Assembly: GCA_963514005.1 (NCBI GenBank)
Contig: OY740787.1
Location: forward strand, 72,106,001-72,170,000
Length of the DNA stretch: 64,000 bases
Direction: 5' to 3'
Origin: Raja brachyura
Taxonomy: Eukaryota
The notes under the pieces were generated by a model, which was given only the letters and a program-made list of their open reading frames with translations, did not search any database and was not told where the DNA came from. A program made the translations under genes and the position numbers. Below are positions 24,740-36,624 of the stretch, one piece after another (the first letter of the stretch is position 1; the number at the start of each line of letters is the position of its first letter).

Positions 24740-26165
24740 CGCAGCGAGGCCCAACTACCTTCAGGAAGCTCCGCCGTCGCTCCCGAGGATTCACCGTTGC
24801 AACTGAGGCACCGCTGCCGCCGCCGCCGAGGCTCCATCACTGCCACCACCCCACTGATGCCGTCGATGCCCCACCACTGCCACCGAGGCTACAGCAGGGC
24901 AGTCAAGGCCCCCCTCACTGCCAAGGCCTCACCGCCATTGATCCCCCAATTGCCGCGAGGTTCCACCGCTGCTTGGCCCCACTGCCGCCACCAAGGTCCC
25001 ACCTCCGTCTGCAAAGCCCTGCCGCCGAGGCCCCAGCGCCACCTGCAAAGTCTCACCATGAGGCCCCACCACCGCTCTCCCGCCGCCGCAAGGCCAGACC
25101 GCCGCCACGAGCCCCGCGGATGCCCAACCGTCAAGGCTTCACTGCCGCCAAGCCCCATCGGCGCAGGGTTCCATCGCCGCCGTTGAGGCTCCATTGCCGC
25201 CCTCTAGGCCTCATCACCGCCGCAGCCCCACAGAGGCCCCGCTGCCAAGGCCTCGCCGAGGCCCCACCGGTACCTGATGCCAAGGCCCCACCATCACATC
25301 GAGGCCCCAACGCCATTCTTCCGCCACTGCCACTGAGGCCCCACAGCTGCCGTCGAGTCTCCATTGCCGCTGTCTAAGCCCCATCACCGCCGAGGCCCCA
25401 CCGTTAATGTGACGCACCACCACTGCCTCCAAAGCCCAGCCATTGCTTGCAAAGACCCACCGCCGCCGCGAGGCCCCACCGCTGTCTGTAAAGCCTTACC
25501 GTGAGGCCCCACCGTCGCTCTCCCACCACCGCGAGGCCCGACTGCCGCAACCGACGCCCCACCGTTGCCGCGAGGCACCACCACCGCCTGCAAACCTCAG
25601 CCTGCGAGGCCCCTCAGCCACCTACATAGCCCCACTGCAAGGCCCCACTGCCGCTGCTAGGCTCCTCAGCCGCCAAGGGCCCACCGCTGCCATCGAGGCC
25701 CCCCCGTTGTCGCCGTTGAGGTCCCCCACTGCCGCGGCTTCACCGCCGCTGAGGCCCCATCGCCGCGAGGTTCCATCGCCGCCGATACCCCACCACTGGC
25801 GCTGAGATGACCACACTGCCGCTGCCGAAGCTTCACTGCCGCCGAGGCCCCACAGCTGCCTTTGAGGCTCCATTGCTGCCATCTAGGCCGCACCACCGCT
25901 GGGGTCCCACCACTGCCGCGAGGTACCACGGCCACCTGCAAAGCCCCACCGCCTCCAAGATAGCCCCACCACCACCGCTGAGAAGGCCCCACTGCTGCCG
26001 CGAGGCACCACCGCTGCCTGCAAAGCCCTGCCGCCGAGGCCCTGCCGCAGCCTGCAAAGCCCCACTACCGTGAGGCCCCACCACCGTCGAGGCTTCACCG
26101 CTGCCGCAAGGCCCCATTGCCACCGCGAGGCTCAGTTGGCCACCGTGAAGCTCCATCGGCTCAGG
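24740..26165. repeat. Degenerate GC-rich minisatellite (about 17-18 bp GAGGCCCCACCGCCGCC-like unit)
   Basis: Dozens of AGGCCCCAC/AAGCCCCAC cores followed by CGCCGC/CACTGC. The many overlapping Pro/Ala/Arg ORFs here are composition artefacts. Confidence 0.9.
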
Positions 26166-27967
26166 CAGGCTTCATCGCCCGTCTTCTCCATGGCCTCCTG
26201 GAAGGTGATCTGTCACCGCGGCCTCCTGGTAGGTGGTTCAGAGTCTGCAAATTATCCTGCAAAAAACACCTGCTACAATTTTTACATTTTGAGTACGCAA
26301 TCTGATTACTCAGCCCTCTCCTCTCACTTTCCCAACCCAATTAAAGATGCTTAGAGAACAACTTACAATCATGTTGCACTTCAATGTTTCAAGAGGTTTT
26401 CTCCAAAGTTATATGAAATTAACCCACAGAAGAAAATAGAGGCACGACCAGGGGCATTGTAGAGTTAATTGGGGGGGGGGGATATCAAGAGGACACCTGT
26501 GATATTTATCATCTGACATCATAGAAAGAAACACAAAGCTGTGACTTGTCCTTGAGAAACAAGGAAGTGCAGGTGCTGGAATCCTGAGCAAAACATAAAA
26601 TGCTGGACTAACTCAGCAGGTCAGGCAGCATCTCTGGAGGACATGGATATGTAATATTTCAGATCAGCACTTCATTTCTTTGGACCTGGAGTTCCCTTGT
26701 AAAAACTTGATCCCTTCACAAAACATCATGGGAAACCTGGCAGAAATGAGTTATGGCAAAATTACAACATATTCAACTAGGAACAGCTATAAGGACCTTT
26801 ACAGCCTTAAGAATTTAAACTTCCAAAGTGCAGCATGAGACTGGTAAACAAGATACTGGTCAATCACGGTCAATTATTTATTTCAACTAAATAAACCCAT
26901 AATAAACTGTTTGGGGTTGAAATTATCCTATGCCTGTCAGGTTGTAGAAATAAGCTGTAGGAAAACAACTTGACCTCCAGATTTTTGATTGAGCTTGTTA
27001 ATTAAATAAAGACATTGAACAGTTGACTAAAGCTCAATCTTTTTTTTGAGATACATAATTAGTTAAAGACTAAGTGGGTTTGATAAACTACTGTTTCCAA
27101 ATAATTGACAATGTAAGCACAACCTGACCTTCAGAGTCTTGGCAAAGGCATCTGATATCCACGGAAGAGCTCAATGATCCAAATGTTCCAACTTTTGTTT
27201 CACTGATTGTACTCGGGTTTCAAAACTGGTGGATGTCAAACTTACATTCAATTTAAAAAAAAAAATTTCACATCATCCAGATTGCTAGATTTAATACAAA
27301 TCCTACTTAAATAAGAACCCTGAACATTTATTTTCAACTGAGCTTTAAGCTTTTGTGCAACTGCCTAGTATATACTACCCCAAGATGTATGAAGACAGCT
27401 TTGTATTATTTTACATTTCACAATTGTGCAAGCTAACCACTTCTTTGTGATGCACCTTTTTGCAATGTATTTTTCCATGTACTCAGTTTAAAATGGAGTA
27501 TTTTTCTCAGAGATGTCGATGAGAAGGAAGATTGATTAAATTCTGAAAAGTCAAACACCATCTGTGGTCTGTAAAATAGAACTTAGATTTCAATCTTACC
27601 GGTGAACTGTTGAAGGCTAGTGTTACAATGCAGATAGAAAAGAGTGAGGTGTGAGAAAGAAGGGAAGATTGGTGACAAGGACATAAGTATCACTTTTCTA
27701 TGGGTTTCACACAAAGTGAACAACCTGGCAGTTGAACTCTGGGAACTATCAACATCAGCAGGAAATGCTTTACAAGCTCAACTTGCTGGAAGCAGAAAGT
27801 GATGGTCCTGGCCCATTAAGGAAGCTTCTCATGTTCTCATGATGGGTACATGGAGAAGAATGATTTAGAAGGGTACAGGGCAAACACAAGCAAATGGGAT
27901 TACCTTAGATAGCCATCTTTATCAGCAAGGATGAGTTAGGTTGAAGGGCCTGTTTCTCTGCTGTATA

Positions 27968-28181
27968 CAGACACAAAAGGCTGGAGTAACACATTTGCTC
28001 AGGCAGCATCTCTGGAGAAAAGGAATTGATGACTTTTGGGTCGAGACCCTTCTTGAAGCAATGTGAAGAAGGGTCTCGACCCGAAATGTCACCTATTTCT
28101 TTTTTCCAGAGATGCTGCCTGACCCACTGAGTTACTCCGGCCTTTTGTGTCCGTCAGTATCTGCAGTTCCTCCACACACAC
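27968..28181. mobile_element. Inverted (head-to-head) dimer of PLE 3' ends
   Basis: A minus copy at about 27969-28054 and a plus copy at about 28064-28180. 15-bp TSD TTTCTCTGCTGTATA at 27953-27967 and 28182-28196. Confidence 0.85.
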
Positions 28182-28634
28182 TTTCTCTGCTGTATAATTC
28201 TGCAGGGCTATAGAATGCACCACTTTCCTCTCCGACTCTGAATCCCCTGTCCTGGCTACATTTTTGATTTCCAGAGGCTCAATCTAAACTGCTGCCTTCG
28301 TATTTAGACTTTCCCATCTGGCAGCCAGCCAGTGTCTTCACATGCCTGACTGCTGCTCAGGAAAAAAAAATCATAATCACTTCCTGCTGTTAAATTTGGC
28401 ACAACAAGCCTGGTCACAGAATTTTTTCATTTTTTGGCTTACAGATGCCCTCATTTCCTCCCAATCTAAATCTCATGACCATCTAATTATGTACTTTCAC
28501 AACTTGCATTAGAAGGTTTACCTTTAAAAATAATGAAGATTAAAACATTTCTATGGTTGCAAATTTGCCTGCACATAATAATGTGACATTGCTCAAAATT
28601 ATCCTTCGCTTCACCCCCACCCCACAAACCTGAT

Positions 28635-30960
28635 GAGCTTATAGCACAGTTAGAAATTGGTAGGTACAACTTTGTGGGCGTTACAGAGACGTGGCTGAGG
28701 GCGGATCTGAACTGGGAGTTGAATAACCAAGGTTACACGTCCTATCGAAAAGACAGAGGTAGGCAGAGGGGGTGGGGTAGCTCTTCTGTTAAGGAACGAA
28801 ATTCAGTCCTTAGCAAGGGGTGACAGAGGATCAGAAGATGCAGAATCCTCGTGGACAGAGCTGAGAAACTACAAGGGTTAAAAAGGCCCCGATGAGAGTT
28901 ATTTTCAGGCTTCCAAACAGTAGCGAGGAAGTAGGGTGCAGGTTACAGCAGGAGATACAATCGGCATGTAAGAAAGGCAATGTTACGTGGTAATGAAGGA
29001 TTTCAATATGCAGGTGGACTGGGAAAATCAGATTGGTACTAGACCCCAAGAGAGGGAATTTGTAGAGTGCCTCCAAGATGGCTTCTTAGAACAGCTTATA
29101 GTTGAGCCTATCAGGGGAAAAGGCAATTCTGGATTTATTGTTGTTTAATGAACCAGATTTGATAAGGGAACTCAATGTAAAAGAACCACCAGCAGGTAGT
29201 GACCATAATATGATAACATTCTACCTGCAATTTGAAAGGGAGAAGATGAAATTGAATACCTCTGTATTTCTGTTGAGCAAAGGTTACTACAGAGGCATGA
29301 GGGAGGGGCTGGCCAACGTTGATTGGAAAGGGACCCTGGTGGGAATGATGGTGGGATAGTAATGGCAGGAATTTCTGGGGTCAATATGGAAGATGCAGCA
29401 ACTTTTAATTCAAAGAGGAAGAAAGATTCTAACTGGAGAACGAGGCCACCGTGGCTGACAAAGGAAGTCAAAGATAGCATAAAACTAAAAAAGAAGGCCT
29501 TTAACATTGCAAAGATTAGTGAGAAGCTGGAGCATTGGGAAGGTTTTAAAAAACATTAGTAATTAAAAAGGCAATACCGGGAAAAAAGATGAAATCCGAA
29601 AGTAAGCTAGCCAATAATATAAAAGAGGATAACAAAAGTTTCTTCAGATATATAGAATAAGAAAGAAGTGGACATTGGACCGCTGGAAAATGATGCTGGA
29701 AAAGTCATAATGGGGGATATCGAAATGGCAGAGGAATTGAATACGATTTCTGCATCCGTCTTCACAGTGGAAAACCCCAGCAATGTGCCGGATGGGGTTG
29801 GAGATTAGTGGAGTGACTTTCACTACAGAAATGTATGGAAAGCTGAAAGTTCTGAAGGTGGATAAGTCACCTGGACCAGATGGACTGCACTCCAGGGTTC
29901 TGAAAGGTGGCTTTAGAGATGGTGGAGGCATTAGTTGTGATCTTTCAAGAATCATTAGAGCCAGGGGTGGTTCAAGATGATTAGAAAACTGCAAATATTA
30001 CTCCGCTGTTCAAGAAGGGAGCAAGGAAGAAGAGTTGAAACTATAGGCCAGTTAGCCTGACTTCAGTGGTTGGTAAGATTTTAGTGTCCATTATAAAAGA
30101 CAAGGTTTCTGAGTACATAGAAGCACATGATAAAATAGGCTGAGGTCAACATGGTTTTATGAATAGAAGAACTTACCTGACAAACCCTGTTGGAATTCTT
30201 TGAGGAAGTAAATAGCAGGATAGACAAAGGATAGTTAGTGGACGTGGTTTACTTGGATTTTCAGAAAGCCTTTGATAAAGTGCTGCACATGAGGCTGCGA
30301 AAGAAGATGAGAGCCCATGGTATCAAACAAAAGATACTAGTATGGATAGCAGGTTAGCTGGATGGCAGAAGGCAGAGAGTGGCAATACTGGGGGCTTTTT
30401 CTCGTTGGCTGCCAGTGACTGGCGGTGTACTAAAGATGTTGGAGCTGGGGCCGCTACTCTTCATGGTGTATATAACGGATTTGAATGATGGAATTAAAGG
30501 CATTGTGGCCAATTTTACAGATTATACTAAGATAGGTGGAGGGGCAGGTAGTGTAGAGTGGTCTGAGAAGTGGCAAATGGAATACAGTGCAGCAGTGTTA
30601 TGCCAGTGCATCCTTCCTTAGATATGGGGCCCAAAACTGCTCACAAAACTCCAATGCGGTCTGACCAGTGCCTTATAAAGCCTCAGCATTACATCCGTTT
30701 TTGTATTGTAGCTGTTTAGAAAGGAAATGAAAAGGAATTGGTTTAGTCAGAGGGTGGTGAATCTGTGGAATTAATTGCCACAGACGGCTGTGGAGGCCAA
30801 GTGAATGAATATTTTTAAGGCGGAGATTGACAGATTCTTGATTAGTGAGTGTCAGGGGTTACGGAGTGAAGGCAGAATGGGGTTGAGAGGGAAAGATAGA
30901 TCAGCAATGATTGAATGACAGAGTAGACTTGATGGGCCTAAGCTCCTAGGACTTATGAAT
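28635..30960 (+). mobile_element. CR1-clade LINE, long decayed copy (APE endonuclease to 3' tail)
   Basis: Contains VGVTETWL, YRKDR, AILDLLL, GSDHNMI, PPWLTKEVK, DKSPGPDGLH and the CR1 tail, with an internal inversion at about 30602-30712. Confidence 0.88.
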
Positions 30961-30964
30961 CTCT

Positions 30965-31465
30965 ACATGGCCATAATTATGAAGGTGGCTCACTAATGCC
31001 TCTATTTTCTTATAAATTTGAGGTGATTCTGCACCTTGCCAAATAATTTATCGAATTTCTACAGCTGTATGCTGCAGAACATCCTCTCTGAATGCATCAC
31101 TGTCTGGTTTGATAACCCGAACATCCAAGAATGAAGGAGGCTACAGAATGTGGTGAATATTGTTTGGTTTATTGCAGGTATTAACCTCCCTACCACAGGG
31201 ATTGAAAGGATGTAGCTAATATCACAATCCCACATAATTCTAACCACACTCTCATCTTGCTGCTACCATCAAGAATGTGGGATAGGTGCTTAATATCTGC
31301 AGGTTCAAGAACAGCTTCTTCCAATTAACCATCAGGTCCCTGAACAACATCATTGTGTAAATGATAATTTATTGTATTGCTGCATTTTACATGCTCGTGG
31401 TGCTGCAACAAATAAGTATTTCATTGTTCCAGTCCTAGTGCATATGACAATTAAACACTTTTGAG
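30965..31465 (+). mobile_element. Old Rex1-like LINE 3' fragment
   Basis: Decayed KKA.Q.LYFL / CITVW / RLQ.VV similarity and a TTTCATTGT...ATGACAATTAAAC tail. Confidence 0.55.
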
Positions 31466-33364
31466 CTTCAGTGTCAAATAATAAAAAAACGGTGTCTTGC
31501 CTGTTGGCACACATTGAGTAGTGCATAGATTCAGAAATTTACCCCCATTGACTGTAATGCAGGTTTTATGTACAGATGGCAGCTAATCAAACACCACTCA
31601 TATACACCACTATCTCAAATATATCCCCATCCCAAACACTTTTTCGGTAAACATCCATTTCTCTTGTGGCTCCGTGAACTCATATGCGAGGCATTGAATT
31701 ATGAATTCTAACCTCACTCCAGAATCTTGAGTACAACACAGCATACTGACATAAAAACTGAAAAGTTATCAATCCTGAATTAATGGAGAGATAAAGGCAA
31801 GGGAAACATTACAGTCTCATTGAAGAAGTTAAATCCCAAAACAAAATTCAAATTTCTTAAACATTTCATCTATTTGATCAATTCATCACATATCATGCAT
31901 ATATAGTGTTACAGGATAGGTATAAGAAAAGATTTTAAGCTACTTTATGTTCTCAAATAAATGACAAAAATCAAAAACAACAGTAATTTAACGCTGTCGC
32001 TGTTCCATAATGAGGAAGTGTGAAAGTTTGTTTATTTTGTGAGAATGAAGGAGAATGAATATTTTATATTGCACTTAAATTACTTGAGTTACAATTTTGA
32101 GGGCTTGAGTTCAAATTCCATTATGTTCACTGCAGAATTTAAATTCAGGTAAATAATTTTTTTTTTTAAAAGAGCCAAATTGGTTCACAGCTATTCTTCT
32201 AAAAAAGGAAATATATCATTCTTAATCAGACTTGTCCAAACATGAACAACAACATAACTCTCAACTTTCTTTTGAAATATAGGGAATTATACTACAAAGT
32301 GTAGTGAATTAAATACCACTGAAGAACAAGAATAGAAATGGACAGTTTCAGATATGGCAACAAAAGTCACCACTTCACAAAGGCCTCCTCACAAACACAT
32401 AGGGCCTGGTGTCCATGTTGAAAGGGCTGCCCCACAGACGACCCAAGCAACAACCCAATGCAAGTCATACAAAAATCATTTACAGCTAATATTCCAGTCG
32501 CCTCGAACAAAATCCATGGATATATGCTATTCTTTATCAGAATCTACAGGTACATGCTATTCAATTGACAGGGCAGATCTACCCAAGGTGGCGATACAGT
32601 GCAGTCATCAACTAAATTCCTGCAGCCCACCAGATCTCGCAGCATTGTCAAGTCAAAAGGACATTTGCAGATTGTAATCTATCATCACCTTCAGATGATA
32701 AAAGAGTGCTTTTAATTTAAAAGAAATCAGAGTTGCATGGGGTTAAAATATACCACAGATGGAATATTTCAGAGTTAATCACAAAGTATGACTTGGTAGC
32801 ACCAGCATTGACTAATGCTGTTACAGACTCCAGAAAGAAGCGGTTGCCAGGCTAGTTTTGTATCAGGTAGTTAATAAATCAATAAAAGAGATAAAGATTC
32901 TGGAACTTAATCGTCAATGAGCATGCATCTGTCAATGACAGCAATTCCTTAACAAACTGTTGGATATGCTCAACATTTTGTTTGGGCTTTAATAAACTGC
33001 ATAGTCCTTCAACAAATTCTCACCTGAGACACCCTCCATAATGTTGTACTTCAAAACTATCAAATTATTTTTTTCTAAAACGGTTTACTTACACCCTTCA
33101 TCTGTTCCCCTTATTCAGTGTTTTCACTGTACTTGACTGCCCTCTGAAATATGCAAAATGGGGATAAACATAGAAATTATGGAGCACCTCCAAATGAGAC
33201 ACCCTTTAAGAATAGTGAGCAATCAACAATATTGTATTTCACTGCAATTCATAACCTCACTCTATCACTATTATCATGCCAGGGTAACAATGAAGAGTAC
33301 TGAAGCTAAATTTTCACTGTATCTAAGTACATGTGACAGTAATAAACCAATACAAAGAATTGCT

Positions 33365-33922
33365 CTGTCTGTCTATGCTCCCGGAGCTACGCCAAAATGG
33401 TAAATGATAGCGAAAAAGAAATTGCACCACCTTAATCACAATTGTCCTGTGGTTGTTTTGTCAAGTTTCGTTCAGATTGATGTTATATTTCACAAGTTAT
33501 TGACATTTTTACATTTACAAAATCCCAATTTGAGAAAAATGTCTTCCATGTTCTTACAGTTATGACGTCACAATGGGATTGTAGCCCTGCTTGCGACAAC
33601 TTGAGCAGGTGCAAATGCATTTTTCTTAAAGTCACAGCGCACTGAATTTTTTTTAAACAGGGAGGGTGAATAGGGCAAAATGAGCAGCCCCATGCGCAGT
33701 TGGGGATTATGGGTAAGTGGTGGAATATTGCATTGGAGTAATGGCTTGCGTTGGGGGAACGGGTAAGTGGTGGAATATTGCATTGGGGAACGGGTTGTGT
33801 TGGGGGACCAGGCCTCCACTGGGGGCTATGGGTGTGTGGTTGAATATTGAGTTGGGGGAACGGGTTGCGTTGGGGGACCAGACCTCCTGTGTGACAGGGA
33901 CCCAACAGGTCCCACTTGGTCT
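33365..33922 (+). mobile_element. Non-autonomous Helitron (5' terminus lost)
   Basis: The body is homologous to 340-480 and 34470-34600. The 3' hairpin is GGGACC-CAACA-GGTCCC followed by ACTTGGTCT. Confidence 0.7.
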
Positions 33923-34209
33923 CAAGAAGAATTTCTTCAAATCTGCATTGGCAGTTACGCAGTTACCAGCTATGACGTTACAATGCCCTACTGGCTACAG
34001 TGTTGTTATTCCTTCACAGCAAATGTCCTTCAGGAAAATAATCTGCCGGCCTAACCCAACACAGCAAAGTTTAATTATTAGATTTGGATAACAATGGGGA
34101 AGAATCTGCCAGCCTAACCCAGCCCAGCATAGTTTAATGATTAGATTTGGATAACAAAACATGTCGGTGGCACCTACATCACATTAAATCTTAATGTAGT
34201 GCAATTACA

Positions 34210-34411
34210 TTATTTTTTTAAGTTGAAAATGAGGGAGGGTGTGTTGGTGGACCAGGCCTCCCATAGGGGCCATGGGTGAGTGGTGGAATATTGCATTGGG
34301 GGAACGGGTTACGTTGTGCGGACGGGTGAGTGGTGGAGACGGATTGTGTTGGAGGAATGGGTGAGGGGTGGGTTTGGGGAACGGGGCCCCGACGGATCCC
34401 ATTTGGTCTAG
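34210..34411 (+). mobile_element. Helitron 3' fragment
   Basis: Subterminal GGAATATTGC repeats, a degenerate hairpin and ATTTGGT-CTAG (34408-34411). Confidence 0.7.
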
Positions 34412-35025
34412 TATATATTACTAAAACTCTCATCTTGTTTGTTTCTGTGTGTGTGATCCTGAAATTACACCAAAATGGCACACGATAGCGCAATAATTTT
34501 TGCACCACCTTACTTACAATTGTCTTGTGGCATGTTTTCATCGTTTCATTCAAATTTATGTTATATTTTACAAGTTATTCACATTTTTAACTTTACAAAA
34601 TCCAGTTTGAGAAAGAATGACTTGAACACAGCAGTGGCAGTAACAGGTATGACAACGTCACAATGGGATCTCATTTGCAACAATGTTGTAATCGCAGAAC
34701 ACGGAGTCCTGGGAGAGGGAGGCTGAACAGGAGGGGGAGGGTACTGGGGGAGGCAGGGGAAGTGGAATTTGATTTTTTTTAAAGTTCTGACAGCATGTGC
34801 TTGCAATTTTTTTAAAGTTTAAAAAGAGGGAGGATGAAGAGGAGGAGGAGTTCTGGGGGATAAGGGGAAATGAGCGTCCCTGCACAGTTGGGGGCTATGG
34901 GTAAGTGGTGGAATATTGCGTTGGGGGAATGGGTAAGTGGTGGAATATTGCGGTGGGGGAATGGGTTGCGTTGGGGTACCAGACCTCCCGTGTGACAGGG
35001 ACCTGACGGGCCCCACTTGATCTAG
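34412..35025 (+). mobile_element. Non-autonomous Helitron, both ends present (614 bp)
   Basis: The 5' end is T(A)TATATTACTAAAACTCTCATCTTG. The 3' end has hairpin GGGACCT-GAC-GGGCCCC, then ACTTGAT-CTAG|T. Confidence 0.75.
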
Positions 35026-35662
35026 TGTGTACCTAAATGTGAGCTATCAACCTGGTAAGGCTACAAAGGACTGTATACAGTTGTTAAGTAGCCTTGCCTG
35101 ATCCTAGCGATCTCATATCCAGGATATGCAATTTTACCAAATTAATCCATGAATTGTGGTTATTTTATGCGGCTTAGAGCATACAAGAACATTTTGGGGC
35201 ATGAAGACATGCCCCAAAATGTGATTAACCAAAGGGATCCTTTAAGTATTTGCATCCATCTTCAACCAGAAGTGCAGAGCAAAACATTTTATCTTCCTTC
35301 TAGTCCGTGCCAGCACTGAAGCCAGTCTCAGCTAATTTGATGGATTCCATGTGAAATTAAGAAAACTGATCACTCTGCATACAATAAAGATAATGTGACC
35401 AGAATCACTAGTGGCTGTTTAAGTTGCAATGTTGAAGGCATGTACAGCAGAAATAGCTACACTGTTTCAGTACACCACAGTGCCATCTGTCTGACAATGT
35501 GGACAGTTGTCTGCCTTGTCACAAGCAAACAGGACAAATTTTGTTTGGCTACCTATTGCCCCTTGACAAGTGTCCCAACTTAAAACATCACCCATCTATG
35601 TTCTCCAGAAATGCAGCCTGGCCCGCTGGGTTATTCCAGCACTTTGAGTCTTTTATTGCCCC

Positions 35663-35803
35663 ACGAGTCAAGGAATATGGGGAGAAGGCAGGCACGGGTT
35701 ATTGATCGGGGACGATCAGCCATGATCACAATGAATGGCGGTGCTGGCTCGAAGGGCCGAATGGCCTCCTCCTGCACCTATTTTCTACGTTTCTATGTTT
35801 CTA
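35663..35803 (+). mobile_element. CR1 3' tail fragment, preceded by a PLE 3' remnant (about 35575-35650)
   Basis: GGAGAAGGCAGG...GAAGGGCCGAATGGCCT...(TTTCTATG)n. Confidence 0.8.
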
Positions 35804-36624
35804 TGAGTCCATTTTCAAATCTTAATGTGAGGAAGGGTGCCATTTTCATTAAGTAGAAATTATCATTACCAATGCTCACTTTGGGTTTTGTCAAGATCCC
35901 TTAACTTCAGAGGTTTGGTCCAAACATCGGCTAAATAAATTAATTCCAAAGGTGTTGTGGGTAACTGGCCTTGGCATTTACACAGATGACATCAGGAAGC
36001 AATGGCCAAACTTGAAGTCAGTGGGAATCACTTTAACATGATCGTTTCTAATTCTTGCTTTTCCCGACCATGGCCTCTATTTTTGATGATAGGCCAACTC
36101 ATTTCTATAATATGCCCAGCATCTCATACAATACCTTATATTATATTTCCTTCTGCCCTGCTTCCATTAGGGGTATTATTCCATTTCCCCAAGCTGTCAT
36201 ATCTGCTATTTCAAGACTTCCTTACAACACATAAATAGACTATTTTGACCCAGAATCTATACCAGCTTTTACAGCAATCCCATTCTTTGATAATTTTCTA
36301 TTCAATCTACTTTTCCAATATTCCTATTAATTCTCCCTCACACTAGGGGATAAATGGTGGTCAACCCATTTATCTTTGAGATGCAGAAAGAATCAACAGT
36401 ACCCTGGAATAAACCCCACATGATCACAGGGAAGTGTGTAAACTTCAGACGGACACCACTGAAGGCCAGAACTGAACATTAATTGCAAGAGTTGAAAGCC
36501 AGTAGCTCAATGGTGCAACCCAATTATGATTCCACCAGTGCTGCGATAGTGCCAAGTGCACCCAGAATCACAATAGGGTGTTCCATGTAATTATCTCTAC
36601 CCAGCTGACTTCCACATTTATTTA

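Noticed and set aside
24549-26354. Many long overlapping Pro/Ala/Arg-rich ORFs on both strands
   Set aside because: They arise from the stop-poor GC minisatellite, with no domain motifs or splice structure.
26987-27039. Hairpin of about 53 nt (GATTGAGCTT...AAGCTCAATC) as a possible pre-miRNA
   Set aside because: The stem is too short, the loop is large and A-rich, there is no basal stem, and it matches no mature miRNA I recognise.
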